The position numbers were made by a program, and so were the translations under genes. A stretch of 15,231 bases of DNA from contig CAYQDX010000001.1 in assembly GCA_964416345.1 (NCBI GenBank), positions 29,033-44,263 on the forward strand, written 5' to 3'. Source of the stretch: an uncultured Ectothiorhodospiraceae bacterium (GTDB taxonomy: Bacteria; Pseudomonadota; Gammaproteobacteria; CAYQDX01). The notes beneath the pieces were generated by a model, which was not told where the DNA came from, ran no database searches, and saw nothing but the letters and a program-made list of their open reading frames with translations. Below are positions 7,088-13,868 of this stretch, piece by piece. Within the stretch, counting starts at the first letter, position 1. Every line of letters starts with the position of its first letter.

Positions 7088-7390
7088 ATGACCACGATCG
7101 ACGTTTTTCCGGGCCAGGGCTCTGAGAAGAAGGGCATGGGGGCCGAGCTCGAAGCATTTCTGGCCGGCGTCGACTTTGCGCCCTTGCAGATTCCGGTTGT
7201 CTCGAATGTCCATGCCAGGCCCAACGCGCCGGGCGAGATCTGCCAGAATCTCGCCAGCCAGATGACCCACCCCTTGCGCGGGACCGAGAGCACCCAGTAC
7301 CTGCTGCGCCAGCCCGATCCGCAGATCGAGGAGGTCGGTCCCGGGACGGTGGGCGCGGGCCTCATTCCACAGATCAAGGCAGCCGCTTGA
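7088..7390 (+). CDS. Truncated FabD-like acyltransferase remnant. It keeps the N-terminal GQGS oxyanion region and the C-terminal helix, but lacks the GHSxGE nucleophile and the catalytic His.
   Basis: The 100-aa ORF starts at ATG 7088, with AGGAG 10 nt upstream. MTTIDVFPGQGSEKKGMGAELEAF aligns to the FabD N-terminus (FAFVFPGQGSQTVGM...). PLQIPVVSNVHARP...HPLRGTESTQYLLRQ...EEVGPGTVGAGLIPQI aligns to the FabD C-terminus (PTVPVVNNVDV...NPVQWTKSVEYM...YEVGPGKVLTGLTKRI). The ~200-aa catalytic middle is absent, and the deletion is in-frame. Confidence 0.5.
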   Translation: MTTIDVFPGQGSEKKGMGAELEAFLAGVDFAPLQIPVVSNVHARPNAPGEICQNLASQMTHPLRGTESTQYLLRQPDPQIEEVGPGTVGAGLIPQIKAAA

Positions 7391-8172
7391 GCTCATGCTC
7401 CGGCGCGGCCGGTGCCATGGCAGGCGCCCATGAGGCGGCGGGACCGGCCCTGCCGCTGCTGCTGGAGACGCGCGATGGTCCGCTGCGGGCCGCCTTTGCG
7501 CAGGTGGGTGCCGGCGAATATGCAGCCGTGGAGCACTCGCGCCGGATCTGGCTGCACCCGACGGAGCTGCGCTACTTGGACACGCTGAGCGCGGAGCGCC
7601 GCCGGCGCAGTTATCTGCTGGGTCGCTGCGCCGCCAAGCGCGCTCTGTGCTGTCTGCTGCCCCAGGCGCCCGCAGCGCAGCTAGAGGTCGCAAACGGGGT
7701 CTTCGGCCAGCCGGTGCTGCGCTATGCGACCTCAGAGCCCGTGGATCTCAGCATCAGCCATACGAATCAGCTGGGCTGCGCGCTGGCATTTCCCGCCCTG
7801 CATCCCATGGGGCTGGACGTGGAGCAGGTGAGCGTCGAGCGGGCGCACGTCATGCAGAGCCAGATGGTGGCGGAAGAGCTAGCCGCCGCAGAAGCGGCGG
7901 TGGGCTCGGCGCCGGCGGCGTGTGCCCTGCTGTGGACCGCCAAGGAGGCCCTGTCCAAGGCGCTGCGCTGCGGCATGACCTGTCCCTTCGAGCTGATGGC
8001 CGTGGCCGGCATCGAGGGTGAGCCCCCCGCGCTGGGGGGACGTTTCCGCAATTTCGGCCAGTACCAATTCCAAACCTGGATTGGCGCCGGGACGGTGCTC
8101 AGCCTGGTGCTGCCCCGCAGCAGCCGGCTGTTGACGGACCTGAGCTCTGCGGCGGCCGGGATGCCGGCGTGA
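7387..8172 (+). CDS. 4'-phosphopantetheinyl transferase (Sfp/EntD-type PPTase)
   Basis: PPTase motifs are present: LGRCAAKRAL (like motif P1/P2 L-GR-AAKEA), SISHT, GLDVEQV (G-x-D-x-E) and WTAKEALSKAL (W-x-x-KEA-x-K). The listed start is TTG 7387, overlapping the upstream stop. The first in-frame ATG is at 7417, so the exact start is uncertain. Confidence 0.8.
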   Translation: MSSCSGAAGAMAGAHEAAGPALPLLLETRDGPLRAAFAQVGAGEYAAVEHSRRIWLHPTELRYLDTLSAERRRRSYLLGRCAAKRALCCLLPQAPAAQLEVANGVFGQPVLRYATSEPVDLSISHTNQLGCALAFPALHPMGLDVEQVSVERAHVMQSQMVAEELAAAEAAVGSAPAACALLWTAKEALSKALRCGMTCPFELMAVAGIEGEPPALGGRFRNFGQYQFQTWIGAGTVLSLVLPRSSRLLTDLSSAAAGMPA

Positions 8173-9155
8173 GTCCTGTCATTTGGATGTGCTCCGGTCA
8201 GGGCTCCCAGTATTACCACATGGGCAAGGACCTCTACGACGCCGAGCCCGTCTTTCGCGGCACCATGGATTCCTGCAGCGAGATCCTGCGACCCATGATC
8301 GGCTTGTCGCTGAGCGAGCTGCTGTACAGGCCCCGTGCCGATCGCTTCGCGGCCTTCGACCGGACCCTCTACAGCGGACCCGCCATCTGCTGCCTGCAGT
8401 ATGCCGTGGCCCAGCTGCTGCGCGCCCGCGGCTGCGCACCCGACGCGGTGCTGGGCTACAGCATTGGGGAGGTATCCGCCGCAGTCATCGCCGGCGGGCT
8501 GACACTTGCAGACGGGTTGGAGGCAGCTGTGCGGCTTGCCGAGCTGTTGGAAGCGCGGATCCCGGAGGGCGGCATGCTGGCCGTGCTGGCCAGGCCGGAG
8601 ATCCTACGGGCACGGCCGGATGTGTTTGCCGGCACCTGGGTCTCCGCCTGGAACTTCCCCGCCCATTTCGTCCTGAGCGGCACAGGCCACGCCATCGCCC
8701 GGGTAGAGCAAGGCCTTGCGGTCCACCAAATCGGCTGCCAGCGCCTGCCGGTGCGCTTCGCCTTTCATTCGCCCCTGATCGAGCCCATAGGCGAGGCGCT
8801 GATGGCGCATCTGGCACGGCTCGATTACCGGCAGCCGCGCATGGCGCTGATCTCGGCGACGCTGGGCGGTGACAGGCTGGAGCCGTCACCGGAGATCCTG
8901 TGGGGTGTGCTGCGCCAGCCGGTGGACTTCGCGCGCACCGTGCAAGTCATCGAAGGCTGGGGGCCCCACACTTATGTGGATCTGGGGCCGTCTGGCACGC
9001 TGGCGACGTTCGTGAAGTACAACCTGTCCGCGAGCTCCGAATCTAGGGTAGCGTCCACCGTCACGCCCTTCGGTCGGGCCGTGCAGAACATGGAGGGCGA
9101 TCTGCTGCGACCGGTGCGACGGCAAGCCGCGGACCCCGGTAGGTCGTCACCCTAG
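8169..9155 (+). CDS. Acyltransferase of the malonyl-CoA:ACP transacylase (FabD/PKS-AT) fold, with GYSIGE at the nucleophile elbow
   Basis: 328 aa. The GTG start at 8169 overlaps the PPTase stop (GTGA). SGQGSQYYHMG matches the oxyanion region. LGYSIGEVSAAVIAGG matches GHSLGEYSAL of FabD, with Tyr in place of His. The Arg in LLEARIPEGG, and AFHSPL carrying the catalytic His, are both present. Confidence 0.8.
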   Translation: MSPVIWMCSGQGSQYYHMGKDLYDAEPVFRGTMDSCSEILRPMIGLSLSELLYRPRADRFAAFDRTLYSGPAICCLQYAVAQLLRARGCAPDAVLGYSIGEVSAAVIAGGLTLADGLEAAVRLAELLEARIPEGGMLAVLARPEILRARPDVFAGTWVSAWNFPAHFVLSGTGHAIARVEQGLAVHQIGCQRLPVRFAFHSPLIEPIGEALMAHLARLDYRQPRMALISATLGGDRLEPSPEILWGVLRQPVDFARTVQVIEGWGPHTYVDLGPSGTLATFVKYNLSASSESRVASTVTPFGRAVQNMEGDLLRPVRRQAADPGRSSP

Positions 9156-9320
9156 CGGCTCTTTGGCGCCGTCTCCGGGACCGCCATGCACCCGGAGCTC
9201 GCACCGATGTGGGATGGGCATGCTCGACGGGACAAGCGCTTGCATGTGGGGTGGCGAATACCGAAGATCGGGCGGCCGGCATGCGGCAGCCACGGTGGTC
9301 AGGGTGATCTTGTGAGCCGA

Positions 9321-10679
9321 ATGAGCAGATTCCTGGTACGCTTCTACCCGTCGCTCGTTGCCGTGGTGCTGGGCGCGGTGACTCTGGGGCTGCTCATGGT
9401 GCCGGGTGAGGTAGGACCCGAGATTCACGGCGTCCGCGGCTGGCTCTCGGTCTACGCGGCGCATATCACCGTGGTGCTGTTGGTGGCCGCCCTGATTTGG
9501 GCCAATGCGGCGCGCGAGCGACTGGCGGCCGTCAGCGACCGAGGGCGCCGCTGGGTGCGCCGTCAGATCATCCCACTGGCGGTCGTTGGGCTGCTCTTCG
9601 TCTGGCTGTTCATCTACCTCATCCCCAACATCTTCATCTTCGTCAAGCCCGGCGAGGGCGGGGTCCTGTGGCACCGCTTCGGCAACGGCACGGTCACAGA
9701 CAGGTCCTACGGCGAAGGCACACACATCATCCTGCCGTGGGACCTGATGTACATATACAATGTCAGGCTGCAGAATCGGACCCAAGTATTCGAAGTGCTG
9801 TCCAAGGACGGCCTGCTCTACCACGTGGCCCTCACCATCCGCTTCAGGCTGATCCTCGAGGATCTGGGTCTGCTGCATCAGCACGTGGGACCGGACTACG
9901 TCAACACGCTCATCTTTCCCGAGCTCGGCTCCCATGCCCGGGCGCTGATGGCTCAATACCGCGCAGATGAGGTCTACACGACCCGGCGTCTGGAAATCGA
10001 GAACGAGATTCTCGCCCGGCTGCGCCGGGAGATGGTGGTGGGCTACATCCCGGAGGTCAAGCGGGAGAGCTACCTGCATGTCGAGAATGTACTGGTTCGC
10101 CAGATCATCCTGCCGAAGAAGGTGGCAGACGCCATCGAGAACAAGCTGGCTCAGGAGCAAATGATGCTGGAGTACGACTTCCGTCTCGGCAAGGAAATGA
10201 AAGAGGCCGAGCGCAAGCGCATCGAAGCTTACGGTATCCGCGACTTCCAGTCCATTGTGCGGCAGGGCATCTCGGAGCAGCTGCTCAAGTGGAAGGGCAT
10301 CAACGCCACCCTGGAGCTGGCCAGGTCGAACAACAGCAAGATCGTGGTCATCGGTGCGGGCAAGGAAGGGATGCCGCTTATCCTCGGCGGCTTCGACAGC
10401 TCAGCGTCCGCAGCGAGATCAACGCCGGCGAATCCGCAAGGGAGTGTCGGCTCGTCCGAGGACGGTCAATCCACCGAGTCCCAGGGACTGGACTGGCTAC
10501 AACCAGAAGCCTCGGAGACCGGCCTCAGCGCGGCACCGGATGGCAGCCGCGCCGAGCCTGCCTTGCCGGCGATGGACTACAAGCCGGCGCCATCCGCGGT
10601 CGCGCCGGCGGGGCGTGCCCCTGACGGCAACACCGCCGGCGGGCGTGCGGCCCCGGTGACACAGCCTCCCATGCCCTGA
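9321..10679 (+). CDS. SPFH/Band-7 (prohibitin/HflC-like) domain membrane protein with a long low-complexity C-terminal tail
   Basis: The listed ORF 9186..10679 was trimmed to ATG 9321; an alternative GTG at 9312 lies 4 nt after AGGGTGA. There are three hydrophobic segments before VKPGEGGVLWHRFGNGT...THIILPWDLMYIYNVRLQNRTQVFEVLSKDGL...VALTIRFRL, which is the SPFH core pattern. A coiled-coil-like segment follows. The last ~110 aa are rich in Pro/Ala/Ser/Gly. Confidence 0.75.
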   Translation: MSRFLVRFYPSLVAVVLGAVTLGLLMVPGEVGPEIHGVRGWLSVYAAHITVVLLVAALIWANAARERLAAVSDRGRRWVRRQIIPLAVVGLLFVWLFIYLIPNIFIFVKPGEGGVLWHRFGNGTVTDRSYGEGTHIILPWDLMYIYNVRLQNRTQVFEVLSKDGLLYHVALTIRFRLILEDLGLLHQHVGPDYVNTLIFPELGSHARALMAQYRADEVYTTRRLEIENEILARLRREMVVGYIPEVKRESYLHVENVLVRQIILPKKVADAIENKLAQEQMMLEYDFRLGKEMKEAERKRIEAYGIRDFQSIVRQGISEQLLKWKGINATLELARSNNSKIVVIGAGKEGMPLILGGFDSSASAARSTPANPQGSVGSSEDGQSTESQGLDWLQPEASETGLSAAPDGSRAEPALPAMDYKPAPSAVAPAGRAPDGNTAGGRAAPVTQPPMP

Positions 10680-10714
10680 GACCGTCAATTTACGGGCGTT
10701 TCTCACGCGCACGC

Positions 10715-11224
10715 TCACGGCTGCGTATTGAGGGCGACGAGCTCTTTGAGCGTATCGGGATCGTCCCAGTCTCGCTTGCCCACGACGTGCATTGCCACGC
10801 GGCCTTTCGGATCCAGCACGTAGGTGGCGGGCAGCAGCTGTATGCCCCATTCCTGACTCACCGCCGCATCCGGGTCCAACAGCACGGGGAAGCTCACTGG
10901 GGAGTCATCCAGGAAGCGCTGGATTTGGTACTGCGTCTGGGCGATGTTGAGGGCTAGCACCTGAACGTCATTGCGTCGCAGCCGCCTCCAGGCTTGCTGC
11001 AGGCTTGGCATTTCCTCGCGGCACGGACCGCACCAGGTCGCCCAAAAGGTCACGACCACGACCTTGCCGCGATAGTCGCTCAGGCGATGGGTTGCACCGT
11101 CCAGATCGGACAGATTGAATTCCGGAAGCATGGATGCCGTGGTCGTCGGCACTGTTTCGGCGGCGTGGGCGCCGGCCGCAAATAGCAGCGTGGTCCAAAA
11201 CATGGCGGTGAGCAATAGGCGCAT
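10715..11224 (-). CDS. Secreted TlpA/ResA-like thioredoxin-fold thiol:disulfide oxidoreductase (redoxin family)
   Basis: The listed ORF 10715..11413 was trimmed to Met at 11224, which is preceded by AAAGGAG with a 9-nt spacer. The N-terminus MRLLLTAMFWTTLLFAAGAHAAE is a signal peptide. The active site is WATWCGPC (CxxC). The remainder is a typical TlpA-like fold (VVVVTFWATWCGPCREEMP...LLDPDG). Confidence 0.8.
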   Translation of the reverse strand: MRLLLTAMFWTTLLFAAGAHAAETVPTTTASMLPEFNLSDLDGATHRLSDYRGKVVVVTFWATWCGPCREEMPSLQQAWRRLRRNDVQVLALNIAQTQYQIQRFLDDSPVSFPVLLDPDAAVSQEWGIQLLPATYVLDPKGRVAMHVVGKRDWDDPDTLKELVALNTQP

Positions 11225-11397
11225 CGTAGTATTCTCCTTTGACGTGCCAGAGGGTCCATCTGGCGGGCATCCCAGCGGCATTCGCCTACTAATCTGGAAT
11301 TGTCTGCATTGAATACCGAATAGAGTTTTCGTTGCCGATCCAAGGGTCACAATGCAGCTAGAGATGCGCGCGTCGATGCAACTGCCGCATACTGCTG

Positions 11398-11415
11398 TTG
11401 TGACAGGCCCCACAA
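11398..11415. promoter_or_regulatory. Second CRP-like site TTGTGA-caggcc-CCACAA
   Basis: Near-palindrome: 5 of 6 bases match per arm, and TGTGA-N6-CCACA compares with the TGTGA-N6-TCACA consensus. It lies ~175 bp upstream of the tlpA-like start codon. Confidence 0.25.
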
Positions 11416-11568
11416 TTCCTACTTTCGGTGTGACGGACGGCAGACTTGCAGGTAGGTCGGACGGGACCTAGGCGCCGAATGCCCCGCGGATTGTGACGCA
11501 GAATTTGCCGCGGGTAGCTGCGTCAACAAAGGCGGGTCGGGCGTGGCGATCGCGAGGCGCGAGCCATT

Positions 11569-11584
11569 CGTGACGTGTGTCACG
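11569..11584. promoter_or_regulatory. Perfect CRP-family palindrome cGTGAC-gtgt-GTCACg (core GTGA-N6-TCAC) in a divergent non-coding region
   Basis: The sequence CGTGACGTGTGTCACG is a 6+6 inverted repeat with a 4-nt centre. It fits the CRP/Vfr-type core GTGA-N6-TCAC. It lies in the 1.1-kb non-coding region between the divergent tlpA-like and Sel1 genes. Confidence 0.3.
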
Positions 11585-12251
11585 TGAAGTTTGTGCGGGA
11601 ATTCTTTTGGCACGTGCAATCCGTGCGCGCCGGTCAATCGAGAGTGGGTCTTCGCTTCGCGTGCTTTGCGGCTTGACCAGAGTGCTTTTTCTTCGGTCCG
11701 GAGCAAACGAGCGCTCTCGGCAAGGCGGAAGGATGGCAAGGAATTCTATATCGTGGTCCGTGCTATTCCCGGTCGAATGCTTTTGATTGCGAAGCAGCGC
11801 AAATTCGTCAATGCGGAATTGGTTGGAGCTAGTCCGCCGAGCGTCGCTGCAATTTATAGGCTTGAACCGGTACCGCGATATGTCTATTTCTGCACCCCGG
11901 GTACGGGGTTACGGCTTTGCTTTTCTTGTAGGTTCTTGCGTCAAGTCGATCCCGGGCAGCCACTATTTCGGCGGTACTCTGCCGAAGCCGCAATCGTCGC
12001 TGAGCAAGGGCCGCGGAAAGAAATAATTGTCCCAAGATTGCGCCGGATATGGGGACGGATTCAAGGCGCGGCAAGGGGCGCATAGCCCGGACTATGCAAC
12101 GCTTGCCACCGCATCCCGCTCGGCCGCCTGCGAGCTGCCGGCCGGCAATCCACCGGCCAATAGGCGGAGCGCGCTTCGGTGCACGTCGCTCCATTTTGCG
12201 GTGTGGGCTTCCGTCGAGTGTCGCAGGGGCTCGATTGTCAGTCGCAAGATA

Positions 12252-12257
12252 TATAAT
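12252..12257 (+). promoter_or_regulatory. TATAAT -10-like hexamer upstream of the Sel1-repeat gene
   Basis: ATATATAATATT is the only strongly AT-rich patch within 100 nt upstream of ATG 12312. The -35 is unclear, because TTGTCA at 12235-12240 is too close. Confidence 0.2.
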
Positions 12258-12311
12258 ATTCAGCCTTCGCCTCGGCTACGATCAAGGCGCTGCAATTCCC
12301 TGGAGAGCACT

Positions 12312-13073
12312 ATGAAACGGATTGCCGGCTGCTTGCTGATCTTTTTCATGATCGGGATGAGTGCCCGGGCGGAGCATTCCGAGTCGGATTTTGCGAGGGG
12401 TCTCAGCGCATATGGCAAAGGTGATTTCGCCGCCGCACTGGCAAGCTGGCGCCCATTGGCCGAGCAGGGCAACCCGGTGGCACAGCTCAACGTTGGCGTC
12501 ATGTTTGCCAAAGGCGAGGGCGTGGCCCAGGACGATGGTCAGGCGGTCGAGTGGATTCGCAAGGCTGCGAGTCAGGGCTATGCTCAGGCCCGGCTCAGTC
12601 TGGCCAACATGTACTTCGCCGGCCGCGGGGTGTCGAAGGATTTGCCGCAGGCGGCCACACTCTACCGTCAGGCGGCTGAGCAGGGCAATTCTGTTGCGCA
12701 GCAGAATGTCGCCAACATGTACTACAAGGGCCAGGGTGTGGCGCGGGACGAGCAGGCCGCCGCCCAGTGGTATCTCAAGGCGGCGGCTCAGAACCAGGCA
12801 CTGGCGCAGTACAATGTCGGTGTCATGTACGCCATAGGACACGTGGGACTGGAGCAGGACTACGCCCAAGCCTATCTGTGGCTGACGCTTGCCTCCCGTA
12901 GAGGAGTGGGGCCGGCGGAAGCCGCGCTGGAGCAGATTTCTGCGAAGATGAGCCCCGAGGCCGTCGCGCGGGGGAAGGCTCTGGTAGAGCGCTGGCGCCC
13001 GCAGACGATGGCCGGACCCGGTGGGACCGCCGGTGCGTCATCGGCGACCCCTAAGCCGCAAGTCATCCCCTAG
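12312..13073 (+). CDS. Secreted Sel1-like repeat (SLR/TPR-family) protein
   Basis: The listed ORF 12027..13073 was trimmed to ATG 12312, with GGAGAG 4 nt upstream. The N-terminus MKRIAGCLLIFFMIGMSARA is a signal peptide. About five Sel1 repeats follow (A-x-L-G-x-MY-x-G-x-GV-x-D-x-x-A-x-WY-x-KAA-x-QG). Confidence 0.8.
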   Translation: MKRIAGCLLIFFMIGMSARAEHSESDFARGLSAYGKGDFAAALASWRPLAEQGNPVAQLNVGVMFAKGEGVAQDDGQAVEWIRKAASQGYAQARLSLANMYFAGRGVSKDLPQAATLYRQAAEQGNSVAQQNVANMYYKGQGVARDEQAAAQWYLKAAAQNQALAQYNVGVMYAIGHVGLEQDYAQAYLWLTLASRRGVGPAEAALEQISAKMSPEAVARGKALVERWRPQTMAGPGGTAGASSATPKPQVIP

Positions 13074-13407
13074 CGCTTCCGACGCTGTTCCTCGGGTGCG
13101 GCCGGCTCGGTGAGAAACCGCGTGCATCTTTTCCGAATATTATTGTTTGCGGAATATCTTAATCTATGGGAAATATGCGCAGATGTGGACAGGAAACTTG
13201 CACAGCTGGCCAATGGGCTGCAAGAGGAGCAGAGTCGGCTCTTCCACTAGGTTTCCGCCAATCCCAAGGCCCCGGCATGATGCAACAGCGGCGCGGGCCA
13301 AGCCCGCGAGGGATGTCGTTCGCCATTAACAAGTGGTTGTTGTGGCAGTATTATTCCCTACTGCCCGGAGGGGGCTAGAGCAGATTTTTCGAATGCGGAC
13401 GATTTCT

Positions 13408-13416
13408 TGGTAGAAT
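13408..13416 (+). promoter_or_regulatory. Extended -10 promoter element TGgTAGAAT
   Basis: TG-n-TAGAAT sits inside the AT-richer leader, ~130 nt upstream of the 92-aa ORF start. There is a weak -35 (TTCGAA) 17 nt upstream. Confidence 0.25.
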
Positions 13417-13547
13417 GGAGCTGTTTGGGCACCATGAAGCAGCCATGAAGAACAATAGGGAATGACTCTGGATAGGCCGGCGGCGCGCGCTCTGGCTGGG
13501 AAGCCGACGGCCGAGATCGACCACATGACTTTGATAAGGAAACAGGA

Positions 13548-13826
13548 ATGCAAGAGACCTCAAATGTGGAGATGGGTAGTGCCCGCCAGTTTCGCGTGAT
13601 GCTGGTGGAGAAGACGAGCGTGCCACACGGCGGCGCGGAGGATGACACCTGGTACCGATATGTCCTGAGCAGCGGCTGCTCGGCGATAACCGGCTGGCGC
13701 CGTGGCTCCCTGCAGGAGGTCACCCAGCACGCTACCCGGTGCACCGAAGAGCTCAACGCCCGCAGCCGCGGAGGCACCTCCTCCTGGTCACCCCGCCGCA
13801 AGAAGGTTGGCTCCAGCGCAGGCTGA
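13548..13826 (+). CDS. Hypothetical 92-aa protein
   Basis: The ATG at 13548 is preceded by AAGGA at 7-nt spacing. Third-position GC is high and matches the genome style, unlike the AT-richer leader upstream. It is convergent with glcF and separated from it by a GC-rich hairpin. No family recognised. Confidence 0.4.
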   Translation: MQETSNVEMGSARQFRVMLVEKTSVPHGGAEDDTWYRYVLSSGCSAITGWRRGSLQEVTQHATRCTEELNARSRGGTSSWSPRRKKVGSSAG

Positions 13827-13844
13827 TACGAGCCAGCACCTGGC

Positions 13845-13868
13845 AGGCGCACGGCTCCGGGTGCGCCT
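13845..13868. terminator. GC-rich hairpin between the convergent small ORF and glcF (candidate bidirectional terminator)
   Basis: aGGCGCAC-ggctccgg-GTGCGCCt gives an 8-bp stem and an 8-nt loop. On the plus strand it is followed by a short CTTTGG run. It lies exactly between the two convergent stop codons (13826 and 13868). Confidence 0.3.

Noticed and set aside
7001-7693. 230-aa minus-strand ORF
   Set aside because: It is antisense to the AT-remnant and PPTase genes and has low-complexity Ala/Pro/Arg composition.
9156-9320. Imperfect inverted repeat around two GCATGC sites between the AT and SPFH genes
   Set aside because: Only 6 of 8 arm positions match, which is not above chance in this GC-rich context.
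9147-10160. 337-aa minus-strand ORF
   Set aside because: It is antisense to the SPFH gene, which has clear domain signatures. It has no RBS or motifs, so it is a high-GC artefact.
11225-11413. N-terminal 63-aa extension of the tlpA-like ORF in the track
   Set aside because: The internal Met at 11224 is preceded by a strong AAAGGAG RBS and followed by a textbook signal peptide. The extension is Cys/Ser-rich with no features.
11591-12085. 164-aa ORF inside the long spacer
   Set aside because: It has no RBS, odd amino-acid composition (Cys/Arg/Phe-rich) and no recognisable domains, and it is overlapped by other equally poor ORFs. It is treated as non-coding.
12027-12311. N-terminal 95-aa extension of the Sel1 ORF in the track
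   Set aside because: Met at 12312 has a GGAGAG RBS and begins a signal peptide. The extension lies in the lower-GC spacer and has non-protein-like composition.
13166-13378. 70-aa ORF in the AT-rich leader
   Set aside because: It has no RBS and low-complexity composition (Gln/Gly/Arg). It lies upstream of the predicted extended -10 promoter.
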